Assembly: GCA_903862255.1 (NCBI GenBank)
Contig: CAIOXK010000020.1
Span: 1 to 43,194, forward strand
Length of the DNA: 43,194 nt
Direction of reading: 5' to 3'
Origin: Candidatus Nomurabacteria bacterium
GTDB lineage: Bacteria > Patescibacteriota > Minisyncoccia > Phycocordibacterales > UBA9973
Part shown: positions 31,882 through 41,191 of the stretch, piece by piece
Layout: the number at the start of each line of letters is the position of its first letter
How positions within the stretch are numbered: position 1 is the first letter of the stretch
Position numbers and translations under genes: made by a program
Notes under the pieces: generated by a model
What the model saw: only the letters and a program-made list of their open reading frames with translations
Databases searched by the model: none
Told to the model about the DNA's origin: nothing

Positions 31882-33635
31882 TAACTAGTTCTTTTTGCAC
31901 TCATCAGCATATCAACTGCGCGATCAAGCGATCCAGCAGGAGTAACCGACCCGCCGTTTACAAAAAATATTTCATCTGCATTTTGAATTGTATTGAGACG
32001 GTGTGCGATTATTACCTTAGTGGTCTGTTGTGGTAATTTTTCTATTACTAGTTCGAGCAATGCTTCGGTCACAGTATCAATGTTTGCAGTTGCTTCATCA
32101 AGTATAATAAGATCAGGTTTACGCAGTACAGCGCGCATAAATGCAATGAGTTGTCGCTGGCCAAGACTAATACTCTCACCATTTTGTGACACAGGAGTAT
32201 CCAGACCATTTTCAAATTGCTTCATTAAATCGTCTAGTTCATTATTTTTTAACACCAATGCTAACTCACTGGCAGAGGCGTCCTTGTACAATTCATTGGC
32301 ATAAAAAATATTTTCGCCAACCGTTCCTGTGAATAAGAACGGCTCTTGCAAAATAAAACCTATTTTTTGTGCTCGCTCTATGGTACTAAGTGTACGAATA
32401 TCACGCCCTTCAAATAAGATAATACCGTTTGTTGGGTCATAAAGACGCGCCATCAATGAAGCGGTAGTGGTCTTACCGCCACCGGTCGGACCTACGAGGG
32501 CATATGTTTGACCCGGTTGTAATGAAATAGAAACATCACGTAATACTTCTTTGCCCTCAGCATAAGTAAAGCCAACATTTTGGAATGACAAGCGTGTACT
32601 AACAGGTGCTGTAGTAGCAGATTCAATAATAAGTGGCATATCATTTTCTAATTGCACAATTGCTGAGATACGATCCCAACTTGCCATTGCTGTTTGAAAT
32701 GTTGCCCATAATGATGCCATCTGACGCAATGGGTCATACAAACGACTGGTATATGTGAGATAACTAATCAAAAAACCAATAGTGAAATGACCCAACAAAA
32801 TAAGGTGAATACCATACAGTAATACAATAAGTTGAGCGGCACTTGCTGCAAACCCATAAATCGCTACAAAAACATTATTAGCGATACCGGCCTGAATTGA
32901 CGTAATAAAGTTTTTATAATTAGCTTCTTCAAACTTTTGGCGGAAGTAATCGCGGCGATTAAATGCAACAATGGCCTTGAAATTGCCTAAACTTTCTTGA
33001 ATTTCTGCACTCATACCACCAACTTCTTGCAAACTTTTTGCATTGCGACTTTTTACCCATGGTGACAATGCTTGAGTGATAAGCAATACAATTACTAACG
33101 GAATAATAGCGGCAAGTCCAACACGCCAATCAATAGCAATGATAAATATTGTAGCACCTACCATTACTACAACATTACCAACAAACTGCATTAAGGATTG
33201 TGAGAAGAATGAGTTAAGGTTATCTGTATCACTATTTATACGTGAAATTAAATCCCCGGCTTTATTTTGGTTGAAAAATGCTATAGGTAATACTTGTAAC
33301 TTATCAAAAATTGTATTACGGAGTGTGAAGAGTAAGCGCTGCCCTACACCGCCCATAGTTTTTGATTGTACATAGTTCGCAATAACGGCGCCTATATATA
33401 AAAGCAATACTAATCCACTATAGTGAACAAGACCATTGTATTGTTTCGGCAGTATGTATGTATTAATAGCATGCCCAATCATGAGCGGAGCAAGGAGTAA
33501 TAATCCGGAGTTAACAATAATCGCTACGAAAGAAATTATCAGTTGTATGCGCTCACCGTCGAGATATGGCAAAAGCTTTTTCAGGGCAGAAAATGCTGAT
33601 GTCTTTTCTTTATTTATACTAAGCTTGTAATTCAT
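31881..33635 (-). CDS. ABC exporter TMD-NBD half with consensus catalytic residues
   Basis: 6 TM plus GPTGGGKT, ISLGQ, ILDEAT, IAHR. Confidence 0.93.
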   Translation of the reverse strand: MNYKLSINKEKTSAFSALKKLLPYLDGERIQLIISFVAIIVNSGLLLLAPLMIGHAINTYILPKQYNGLVHYSGLVLLLYIGAVIANYVQSKTMGGVGQRLLFTLRNTIFDKLQVLPIAFFNQNKAGDLISRINSDTDNLNSFFSQSLMQFVGNVVVMVGATIFIIAIDWRVGLAAIIPLVIVLLITQALSPWVKSRNAKSLQEVGGMSAEIQESLGNFKAIVAFNRRDYFRQKFEEANYKNFITSIQAGIANNVFVAIYGFAASAAQLIVLLYGIHLILLGHFTIGFLISYLTYTSRLYDPLRQMASLWATFQTAMASWDRISAIVQLENDMPLIIESATTAPVSTRLSFQNVGFTYAEGKEVLRDVSISLQPGQTYALVGPTGGGKTTTASLMARLYDPTNGIILFEGRDIRTLSTIERAQKIGFILQEPFLFTGTVGENIFYANELYKDASASELALVLKNNELDDLMKQFENGLDTPVSQNGESISLGQRQLIAFMRAVLRKPDLIILDEATANIDTVTEALLELVIEKLPQQTTKVIIAHRLNTIQNADEIFFVNGGSVTPAGSLDRAVDMLMSAKRTS

Positions 33636-35343
33636 AATGTTCAGTACTTTGCTGTGATTGATAAATTTGCATGTATTCGTGAGAGCTTTTTAGTAATTCA
33701 CTGTGCGTGCCCTGAGCCAATAATTCTCCTTCCATGATGAGAATTATATTATCGTATGTTTCGATTGAAGAAATCTTTTGAGTAATTGAAATTAATGTTA
33801 ATTCGGGATAGCTCTTTTTTACATTAGCTAAAATACTTTGTTCCGTACGAGTATCCACACGAGCAGTAAAATCATCTAAAAACAATATACGTGGATTTAA
33901 TGCTAATGCACGAGCCAGTGTTATCCGTTGCTTTTGACCACCTGAAAGATTTGTACCGCGCTCTGAAATAATTTCCGCTAAACCGTTTGGTAGTGAAGTA
34001 ATAAGATCATCAAGCTCTGCTGTATCAAGTGCTTTTTGCAGTGACGCATCGGTAACAGTAGTACTGAATGCAATATTTTCTTTCACTGAAGTATTAAAAA
34101 TAACACTATCTTGAAATACAAATCCAATTTGTTCATGCAATGAATGTTGATCATACTGATCAAGAGAAAGTCCATCGTAGTGAACTGTTCCCTGCGTTGG
34201 CTTTAGTAAGCCAGTCATAATATAAAGCAACTGAGTCTTACCTGCTGCTGTCGGCCCAATAATAGCGTTCTTGGTACCTGGTTTAATGGTAAATGAAATA
34301 TTTTTTAGTGCTTCTTTTTCACCAAATTTCATTGTCACTTCTTTAACCTCAATTTCTCCAGATAATATTGTGTCCACTGTTCCTAATTCTGGATGTAAAG
34401 GTGCCTCAAGCACTGTGTATATACGTTGATATGAAGCACTTGCACGAGCAATAACAGTACTCATGAAGCCAATAATCATAATTGGAAAAATCAAAATAGC
34501 GATGTAACTATTGAAGGCAGTGAAATCTCCAATAGTCATACCTCCTATAATTACAGCACGACCTCCAAATAGTAAGACTACCACTACTGCGGTATTGGCG
34601 ATAAAAACAATAGTCGGAATTAGTGCCGCGAAAAACGATAGGATTTTTAATCCATTATTTTTTGCATCAGTATTTACCTCTGTGAATTTTTGATACTCGA
34701 ATGCCTGTGAATTTAATACACGAATCAACGCTGCACCAAGAATACTCTCATTAATAACCTTATTAAGCCTATCAATAATTGTTTGTACCTTGAAAAATAA
34801 TGGGCGGACCTTACCTAATACAAAAAAGAATGCACCTCCAATTAAAGGAATGATTGCGAGTACTCCTAAAGCTAAGCGCCAATTGATGGTGATTAATAAA
34901 ATTGTTACACCGACAATAATAAAAATTGAAGATACTATCGAAACAATTGCCTGAGCAACGAATACCTTAATGGCATCAATATCAGAAGTCAGGTTGGTTA
35001 ATAGTACTGAGGGGTTTGTTTCTTGAATATATGAAAAATTTTGTAAAGATATTTTACTCATTACAGTGTTACGCAAATCTCTTGCTACGCGTTCGGAGGC
35101 ATAGGTCTGCATCACGCTTTGTATATACGTAAAAATAAAAATACCAATTGCTGCAACAGTAAAAAGCACCAGCGTTTGATGCGTTTGAAGCGTACCGTTT
35201 ATAAAGTGATCAATAGAAGATGCAACAAGTTTTGGAATAAAAATTGTAATAGCATTACTTGCTAAAGTAATAAGTATTAATAGAAAAATTAACCCTTTAT
35301 ACGGTACTAGGAGTGAGAATATGTTTGATTTACTATCTTTCAT
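33619..35343 (-). CDS. ABC exporter TMD-NBD half with degenerate site (heterodimer partner)
   Basis: GPTAAGKT, LSGGQ, Walker B LFLDD (E->D), switch ITQK (H->Q); start trimmed to MKDS. Confidence 0.92.
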   Translation of the reverse strand: MKDSKSNIFSLLVPYKGLIFLLILITLASNAITIFIPKLVASSIDHFINGTLQTHQTLVLFTVAAIGIFIFTYIQSVMQTYASERVARDLRNTVMSKISLQNFSYIQETNPSVLLTNLTSDIDAIKVFVAQAIVSIVSSIFIIVGVTILLITINWRLALGVLAIIPLIGGAFFFVLGKVRPLFFKVQTIIDRLNKVINESILGAALIRVLNSQAFEYQKFTEVNTDAKNNGLKILSFFAALIPTIVFIANTAVVVVLLFGGRAVIIGGMTIGDFTAFNSYIAILIFPIMIIGFMSTVIARASASYQRIYTVLEAPLHPELGTVDTILSGEIEVKEVTMKFGEKEALKNISFTIKPGTKNAIIGPTAAGKTQLLYIMTGLLKPTQGTVHYDGLSLDQYDQHSLHEQIGFVFQDSVIFNTSVKENIAFSTTVTDASLQKALDTAELDDLITSLPNGLAEIISERGTNLSGGQKQRITLARALALNPRILFLDDFTARVDTRTEQSILANVKKSYPELTLISITQKISSIETYDNIILIMEGELLAQGTHSELLKSSHEYMQIYQSQQSTEHYELQA

Positions 35344-36466
35344 GCCCAAGTGCAATTGCAATTGCCTCTGTTGCGATTAAGCGACCAGCATCGGCTTTAT
35401 AAAAACGCTTGGCATGCTCAGCCATAGCAGTGTATTGATCCCTATTTTTTAACAAAAGGTCAATTTCACTTTTTAATACAGAAGGAGTGAGATTGGCCTG
35501 CTCGATTACAACACAAGCACCTGTTCGAGCATAATGGTATGCATTTTTGCGTTGGTGATCACCATGAGAATTTGTTACAGGAATCGGTATAATAATTGAA
35601 GGTTTACCCCAAGCAGCAATTTCATATAATGATGAGCCGGCACGAGAAATAATAATATCAGATGCTCCGCCAAACATTTTTGTCTGTAACTCATTCAAAT
35701 AAGGAAAGGCTTTGTATCGTGAGCGCTTCGTATCATTACTGAGTAATACCACAGCATCAGCAACTGTTTCTTCGTAGTTTTTTTGCCCAGTTTGATGAAT
35801 AATTTGGTAGTCTTTTACGAGTTCAACAACAAGTGAAGTGATAGTATCATTAATAATCTTTGCTCCTTGTGACCCGCCAATCACACCAATAACTGGTAGT
35901 CCTGGGTCCAGTTCAAAAAATTCTTTAGACCCTTCGCTTGCCGCAAAGGCAATCGCCTTGCGAACCGGCTGCCCAGTAATGGCAATTTTCTTTTCATCAA
36001 AATATTCTGCTGCCTCTGGGTATGATAGTGCAATTCGTCGAGCAAATTTACCTGACCAAATATTCACACGTCCTGGGACAGTATCTGATTCGTGAATTAT
36101 TACAGGAATGCGTAAGATACGGGCCCCAACCAATACAGGAAAGGCAGCGTACCCTCCCTTGCTGATAATTACATCTGGATATAAGTTAAACAGTTTAAAT
36201 AAAGCACCCACAGTGCCAAAAGCAGTCTTAAACATATCTAAGATATTTTGTAGAGAAAAATATACGCGCAACTTACCAGCGGTAATGGGGATATATGTAA
36301 TAAATTGCTCGTCTAATTCTTTTTGGTCATATGGCGAATCAGCCATATAGTATAGCTTGAAGTTAGCAATTTTTTCTTCATCTGCGATTCGATTAAGCTC
36401 TTCTGCAATCGCAATTAAAGGATAATAATGCCCACCTGATCCTCCTCCTATCAACAAAATTTTCAT
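35333..36466 (-). CDS. murG: UDP-GlcNAc:lipid I GlcNAc transferase
   Basis: GGGSGGH, KGGY, HESD, GGSQGA, HQTG, SRAG; start trimmed to MKILL. Confidence 0.96.
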   Translation of the reverse strand: MKILLIGGGSGGHYYPLIAIAEELNRIADEEKIANFKLYYMADSPYDQKELDEQFITYIPITAGKLRVYFSLQNILDMFKTAFGTVGALFKLFNLYPDVIISKGGYAAFPVLVGARILRIPVIIHESDTVPGRVNIWSGKFARRIALSYPEAAEYFDEKKIAITGQPVRKAIAFAASEGSKEFFELDPGLPVIGVIGGSQGAKIINDTITSLVVELVKDYQIIHQTGQKNYEETVADAVVLLSNDTKRSRYKAFPYLNELQTKMFGGASDIIISRAGSSLYEIAAWGKPSIIIPIPVTNSHGDHQRKNAYHYARTGACVVIEQANLTPSVLKSEIDLLLKNRDQYTAMAEHAKRFYKADAGRLIATEAIAIALGHER

Positions 36467-36582
36467 AAGTGACTCTATTGTATCGATTTTATATGTATAT
36501 AACAATACGCATTGACTTTTTCTCATTTTGTTATATTGTATATTAAGCTCATTTGAACTTTGAAACAATTAAATATAAGAAA

Positions 36583-37272
36583 ATGAAAAAAATAATGATG
36601 TTTGTTGCAGTATTGTTCACAGTACCTACAATTCAAGCCCAAAATATTACAACGTCGTTTACAACAAATGGTATTGCCCCAATTCCCTCTTTTACATTAG
36701 GAGAAGCGGCGACTACCACTGTAATAACGGCGGATATAAATAAGTACATCGCCATACAACCGGACTTTGCTTTTTCCTTAAGAACTGGCAAGCCCTGGTA
36801 CAGCGATGTTTTTATTTTCTACAAAATCAAGATTGATTCAACAAATCGTTTGAAGGTTGGTTTTGACTACTCCTTATTTTTCCAAAAATATGGAAACGTG
36901 ACCCAAACAGTCGTTTACCCGACATTTGAAGCCAACATTGAACACAGTGTTGATAAGGACAATAAGATAATCGGGGATATGTGGTATATGTATTCAGTGC
37001 CAAGTAAGTATGGTACAAAAGGAACTTATGTAAGTATTGCATATCAGCGTAATGTTGATTACAAAAACTTTTCAGTACGCATTACTCCTAACTTATTTTA
37101 TTTAAACTTTTTTGATGATAGTAAGGGCCTTATGGGCTCTGTCGACGTATCGATCAACCACAAAAAGACCGGATTATTTATTGGTATTCAATCTGTAGTT
37201 CCGGTGACAGTATCAAATGTCTATAATATATCCAAAGGGCTATATATCGGCATTTCTAAAAAATTATATTAA
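36583..37272 (+). CDS. Secreted beta-strand-rich protein, outer-membrane-barrel-like
   Basis: Signal peptide MKKIMMFVAVLFTVPTIQA|Q, amphipathic aromatic-rich strands, C-terminal Tyr. Confidence 0.7.
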   Translation: MKKIMMFVAVLFTVPTIQAQNITTSFTTNGIAPIPSFTLGEAATTTVITADINKYIAIQPDFAFSLRTGKPWYSDVFIFYKIKIDSTNRLKVGFDYSLFFQKYGNVTQTVVYPTFEANIEHSVDKDNKIIGDMWYMYSVPSKYGTKGTYVSIAYQRNVDYKNFSVRITPNLFYLNFFDDSKGLMGSVDVSINHKKTGLFIGIQSVVPVTVSNVYNISKGLYIGISKKLY

Positions 37273-37280
37273 TCACATGA

Positions 37281-37309
37281 AAAAGCTCCTTATCGTATAA
37301 GGAGCTTTT
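37281..37309. terminator. Bidirectional terminator
   Basis: AAAAGCTCCTTAT-CGT-ATAAGGAGCTTTT. Confidence 0.8.
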
Positions 37310-37310
37310 A

Positions 37311-38420
37311 TTATACTTTCTTTTGATATCGAGAAACATTCAGCACCATCCCAGAAGCAAATAATGCGATAAGTAATGACGTTCCGCCCTGAGAGATAAA
37401 TACCAGTGGCACACCAGTTAAGGGAAATAATCCTACAAGTGATGCCATGTTTAAAAATGACTGCGCAACAAGCACTGTCACAATACCTACTACGAGGTAC
37501 TGTCCAAACATATCGCGTGATTGCATGGCGATTTTATACCCACGGATTGAGAGAAAGACATATAGTACAACTAGTAATGCACTGCCAATAAATCCAAATT
37601 CTTCACCGATCACAGCATAGATCGAATCCCCTTGCGGCTCAGGCAAATAATTAAACTTTTGAACACTTTGACCGAGTCCTCTGCCTACTATTCCACCACT
37701 ACCAATAGCAATTAATCCCTGCTGTAGTTGGTATGAGGCACCTTTTGAATCACTTGATGGGTTAATGTATGTTTTGATGCGACTCATTAAATATGGTCGA
37801 ACAAGTGCCAGTAGTACTACTCCTACAAGACCAATACCAATAATTGCCAAAATTTTCTTCCACGATACGCCTGATACAAATAACATACTGCAAGCTGATG
37901 CGGTAATAAGGATAAGGCTTTTAGTATCAGGTTGTAATAACAAAGCTCCAGCAACAAGACCTAGCATAATAATTAATGGCAATAATTTATATTTAAACTC
38001 TTCTTGTTTTTTACTTGTCCAAGCCAGCCATGATGCAAAATATGTTACAAATCCTAGTTTTAATAATTCTGCCGGTTGAAAAGAAATACCTAAAACAGAA
38101 ATCCAGCGTCGTGCTCCTCCGTGTGCAAATCCAACATGTGGAATAAACACTGCGAGTGTTAACACCAATGTTGCAATAAAAATAAAAAAAGCGTAATTGC
38201 GCCAAAAATGATATGGGATTTTAATTGCAAACCACATTGCAGTTAGTCCGCCAATAAAGCCTAATACAATTTGCCCAAACAATACACCATAAAATTTTGT
38301 CTCACTGTGCGCCAAAATACCTAGTGATGCAGAAACAAAAGAAAAAATACCGATAACTGTGATCAGTAATACGATACCAAAAAAATACGTATCAAACTGT
38401 TTTGGTTTAACAATTGCCAT
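37311..38420 (-). CDS. ftsW: SEDS peptidoglycan polymerase FtsW
   Basis: GARRWI, FQPAELLK, LQPD, YLPE, TGVPLVFISQGG; next to mraY. Confidence 0.92.
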   Translation of the reverse strand: MAIVKPKQFDTYFFGIVLLITVIGIFSFVSASLGILAHSETKFYGVLFGQIVLGFIGGLTAMWFAIKIPYHFWRNYAFFIFIATLVLTLAVFIPHVGFAHGGARRWISVLGISFQPAELLKLGFVTYFASWLAWTSKKQEEFKYKLLPLIIMLGLVAGALLLQPDTKSLILITASACSMLFVSGVSWKKILAIIGIGLVGVVLLALVRPYLMSRIKTYINPSSDSKGASYQLQQGLIAIGSGGIVGRGLGQSVQKFNYLPEPQGDSIYAVIGEEFGFIGSALLVVLYVFLSIRGYKIAMQSRDMFGQYLVVGIVTVLVAQSFLNMASLVGLFPLTGVPLVFISQGGTSLLIALFASGMVLNVSRYQKKV

Positions 38421-38421
38421 G

Positions 38422-39489
38422 CTATTTGCTAATGATTGCTAGGACTACACCAATAATAGCTGCGATAATAGAAACAACCCAATAGCGCATGACTACCTTT
38501 TCTTTTGACCAACCTAATGCTCTAAAATGATGATGTAGTGGTGCGACCTTAAATACGCGGCGATGGCCAAAATATTTATAACTAGTTACCTGAATAATAA
38601 CTGATGCTGTTGTTGCTGTCAGTGGTAGTGCAATGATCGGCAATAGTAGTACTGTATTAGTTAAAAATGCAATAACAGTAAGTACTACGGTGAGACCAAG
38701 CATACCGGTTTCACCCATATAGAAGCGTGCAGGAGGAATATTGAACCAGAGAAATGCCAAAATTGCACCAGAAATAACAGCACATAATGCAGCTATATCG
38801 ATTTGATGCTGAACTGCACTAATAACGGCATACGCAGCAAATACTATTGCCAGTACTCCACCAGCAAGACCATCAAGTCCATCGATTACAGATGTTGAAA
38901 AAACTCCAAGCATCACCAAAATAAAAAATGGTATAAAAAATAACCCCAGACTAACTATTGTAGGAATAAATGGAATATGAATACCGCTGACACCAAGCTT
39001 AAAATAAAACCATGATGCAACAGCAAGTCCGATAGCGATTATCATGCCAATTTTTACCCAACGATTACCCAAAACATCACTAGAAGTATTACCAATTGAT
39101 CCTTTAACCTGCAGTAAATCATCTGCCAATCCTATCCATGACCCCAGCAGCAATGCCACCAATGGTACAAGTGTTTGGTTTTTACTAAAAAAGTCTAATT
39201 TTAATGATAGTGTTGTGGGAAATATTTTCGAGGTAATCCAGATTACTGAAATACAGATTAATACAGATAGCCAGATAATTACTCCACCAACACGCGGTGT
39301 AGCTGTCTCTGCAACTCCATCATGAACAGTGGCAAAATCCTTATTCGTAATATCAGATTCTTGTGCGCGATTATTTTTTTTCCATAACTTACGTTGATAC
39401 ATAATCTTCGTAAGAAAAGGTGTAATAACAATACCAATAATAAATACTAGCGTAGTTGGAAAAAAAATTTTAATTGCATCTAATATCAT
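38422..39489 (-). CDS. mraY: Phospho-MurNAc-pentapeptide transferase
   Basis: TPRVGG, GLADD, DGLDGL, FNIPPARFYMGETG, APLHHHF. Confidence 0.95.
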   Translation of the reverse strand: MILDAIKIFFPTTLVFIIGIVITPFLTKIMYQRKLWKKNNRAQESDITNKDFATVHDGVAETATPRVGGVIIWLSVLICISVIWITSKIFPTTLSLKLDFFSKNQTLVPLVALLLGSWIGLADDLLQVKGSIGNTSSDVLGNRWVKIGMIIAIGLAVASWFYFKLGVSGIHIPFIPTIVSLGLFFIPFFILVMLGVFSTSVIDGLDGLAGGVLAIVFAAYAVISAVQHQIDIAALCAVISGAILAFLWFNIPPARFYMGETGMLGLTVVLTVIAFLTNTVLLLPIIALPLTATTASVIIQVTSYKYFGHRRVFKVAPLHHHFRALGWSKEKVVMRYWVVSIIAAIIGVVLAIISK

Positions 39490-39493
39490 ATTG

Positions 39494-40024
39494 TTATTGC
39501 TCGATAGATTGAGTAAGTAATGTTGCGAGTTTTTGGGCTGTTTCTATATACACAGGCAACTGATCAATGTCTGAAACACCAAAAGATTCAAGCAGTGCCA
39601 GTGTCGGATGATATGTAATTGCTCGCCCCATGCCTTTTGTTTCGACCAGTCCACGTATCTGCAATGCTCGCAATGAATATGCAGCATTTACACCGCGGAT
39701 AAGCTCAATCTCAGCCTTTGTTGCGCCTGGCTTATATACAATAACTGCCAATGTTTCAGCACTAGCCTTACTTAAATCTTTTTGCAGCTCTTCTTTGCGC
39801 AGCGTTTCCAAGATCACACTATGTTCAGGACGAGTAGCCAATGTTACACTGTCGCCCTGACGAACAAGCATCATTGCATGATGCTCTAATGATAGACTAA
39901 CCTCATTTAATGCTTCTTCAATTTCTATATCTGATACCTCAAGCAGCTTAACTAGTGATGCAATGGTGTATACATCTGCTGTAGCAAAAAGAATGCTTTC
40001 AATTGTAAGTGATAGTTTGTTCAT
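39494..40024 (-). CDS. scpB: SMC-Scp complex subunit ScpB
   Basis: IESILFA, LSKASAETLAVIVYK, IRGVN; start trimmed to MNKL. Confidence 0.92.
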   Translation of the reverse strand: MNKLSLTIESILFATADVYTIASLVKLLEVSDIEIEEALNEVSLSLEHHAMMLVRQGDSVTLATRPEHSVILETLRKEELQKDLSKASAETLAVIVYKPGATKAEIELIRGVNAAYSLRALQIRGLVETKGMGRAITYHPTLALLESFGVSDIDQLPVYIETAQKLATLLTQSIEQ

Positions 40025-40025
40025 A

Positions 40026-40802
40026 TTATTCATATAATGATTCAACTGATGGAAATTCCTGCGACTCCACTAGCGCTTCACTTTTTTGCAAAGTAATGTC
40101 CTCAAATAATTCTGACTGTTCCGCAGCAACAATTCCTCGCCGCACTAGTTCTAGCATACCAAGAAATGACACGATAGTGTAGACCTTCTGGCTATGCTCA
40201 TCCATATCAGGTGAAGCAACGCGTATTGCATTGAAGCTAGTAGACAGTGCACGCTCAATACGGTCTTGCAATGTTGAAAGTACCTCTGTAATAGAAATAG
40301 TTTTATAAACACGAGCTTCCGGCTTTTTCACTGCCGGCGGTGGCACGCGACCAAGCATTTCTGCTATTAGTTGAGGCAACTGATCCAGTGTTAATTTTTG
40401 ATCAGGTGCAAATACTACACCAGTCAAACGACGCACTCCTTCAAATGATATTTTTTTACCATATGCTTTTATGAGGTCAGCGGATACATGGCTAATGATT
40501 TGATATAGGACTACGCGTCGCTCAAGATCAGTAATTGATTCTGTCTCTTCAAGAGTAAGCTCAAGGTTTGGTAGAAGTGATCGTGCCTTGATTAAAATTA
40601 ACGTTGCAGCAACGGCTAAAAAGTTAGCTGCCTCATTTGCTTGCATACCAACCGACTGCATGTATTGTATAAAATCATCAGTAACTGATGCCAAAGAAAC
40701 ATCATTAACAAACAATTTTCGTTTTTCAATTAGTTCAAGCAATACCTCAACAGGCCCTTCGAAAACTTCCTGCTTCACCTTAAAAATAGTTTCAGCCTTC
40801 AT
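40026..40802 (-). CDS. scpA: Segregation/condensation protein A (kleisin)
   Basis: FEGPVEVLLELI, IKARSLLP, SFLGMLEL, QSELFEDI. Confidence 0.93.
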   Translation of the reverse strand: MKAETIFKVKQEVFEGPVEVLLELIEKRKLFVNDVSLASVTDDFIQYMQSVGMQANEAANFLAVAATLILIKARSLLPNLELTLEETESITDLERRVVLYQIISHVSADLIKAYGKKISFEGVRRLTGVVFAPDQKLTLDQLPQLIAEMLGRVPPPAVKKPEARVYKTISITEVLSTLQDRIERALSTSFNAIRVASPDMDEHSQKVYTIVSFLGMLELVRRGIVAAEQSELFEDITLQKSEALVESQEFPSVESLYE

Positions 40803-40833
40803 ATAATGACTGCATTATACTGCCTTATGACAT

Positions 40834-40871
40834 AAAAATGAAACACCCCTTTCGTAAAAATGAAAGGGGTG
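40834..40871 (-). terminator. Terminator upstream of the scpA promoter
   Basis: CACCCCTTTC-N8-GAAAGGGGTG with a T-rich tail on the minus strand. Confidence 0.7.
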
Positions 40872-40939
40872 ATGTATTACTAAAGTAACAGTGCAATATT
40901 GAATTAAGAAAAAGAACTTTAAGAAAGTACAAATTTGGT

Positions 40940-41132
40940 GAAATATAATGAATTATATTTCGATAAAAAGGTGTTCCTCGTGCTGACTCTTGGTCAGGTA
41001 ATTACATTATGAACACACGGGTCTGAGGGCATGCAGTGCCTTAGATAGTATTAGCCAAAGGCTCCTACTATCTCCAGATAAATGTGTTCGACTTGTCGAA
41101 CCTGTAGAGAGAGACGAAACGAATCTCCTACA
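40940..41132 (-). ncRNA. Candidate structured non-coding RNA of unknown family
   Basis: No credible ORF, dense nested stems, upstream TATAGT (41143-41138) and a downstream terminator. Confidence 0.45.
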
Positions 41133-41156
41133 ATTTCACTATACACCTTCTTAAAA

Positions 41157-41190
41157 AAAAGAAAAGCCTCCGGCTGGAGGCTTTTCTTTT
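41157..41190 (-). terminator. aspS terminator
   Basis: AAAAGAAAAGCCTCC-GGCT-GGAGGCTTTTCTTTT immediately after the stop. Confidence 0.85.
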
Positions 41191-41191
41191 G

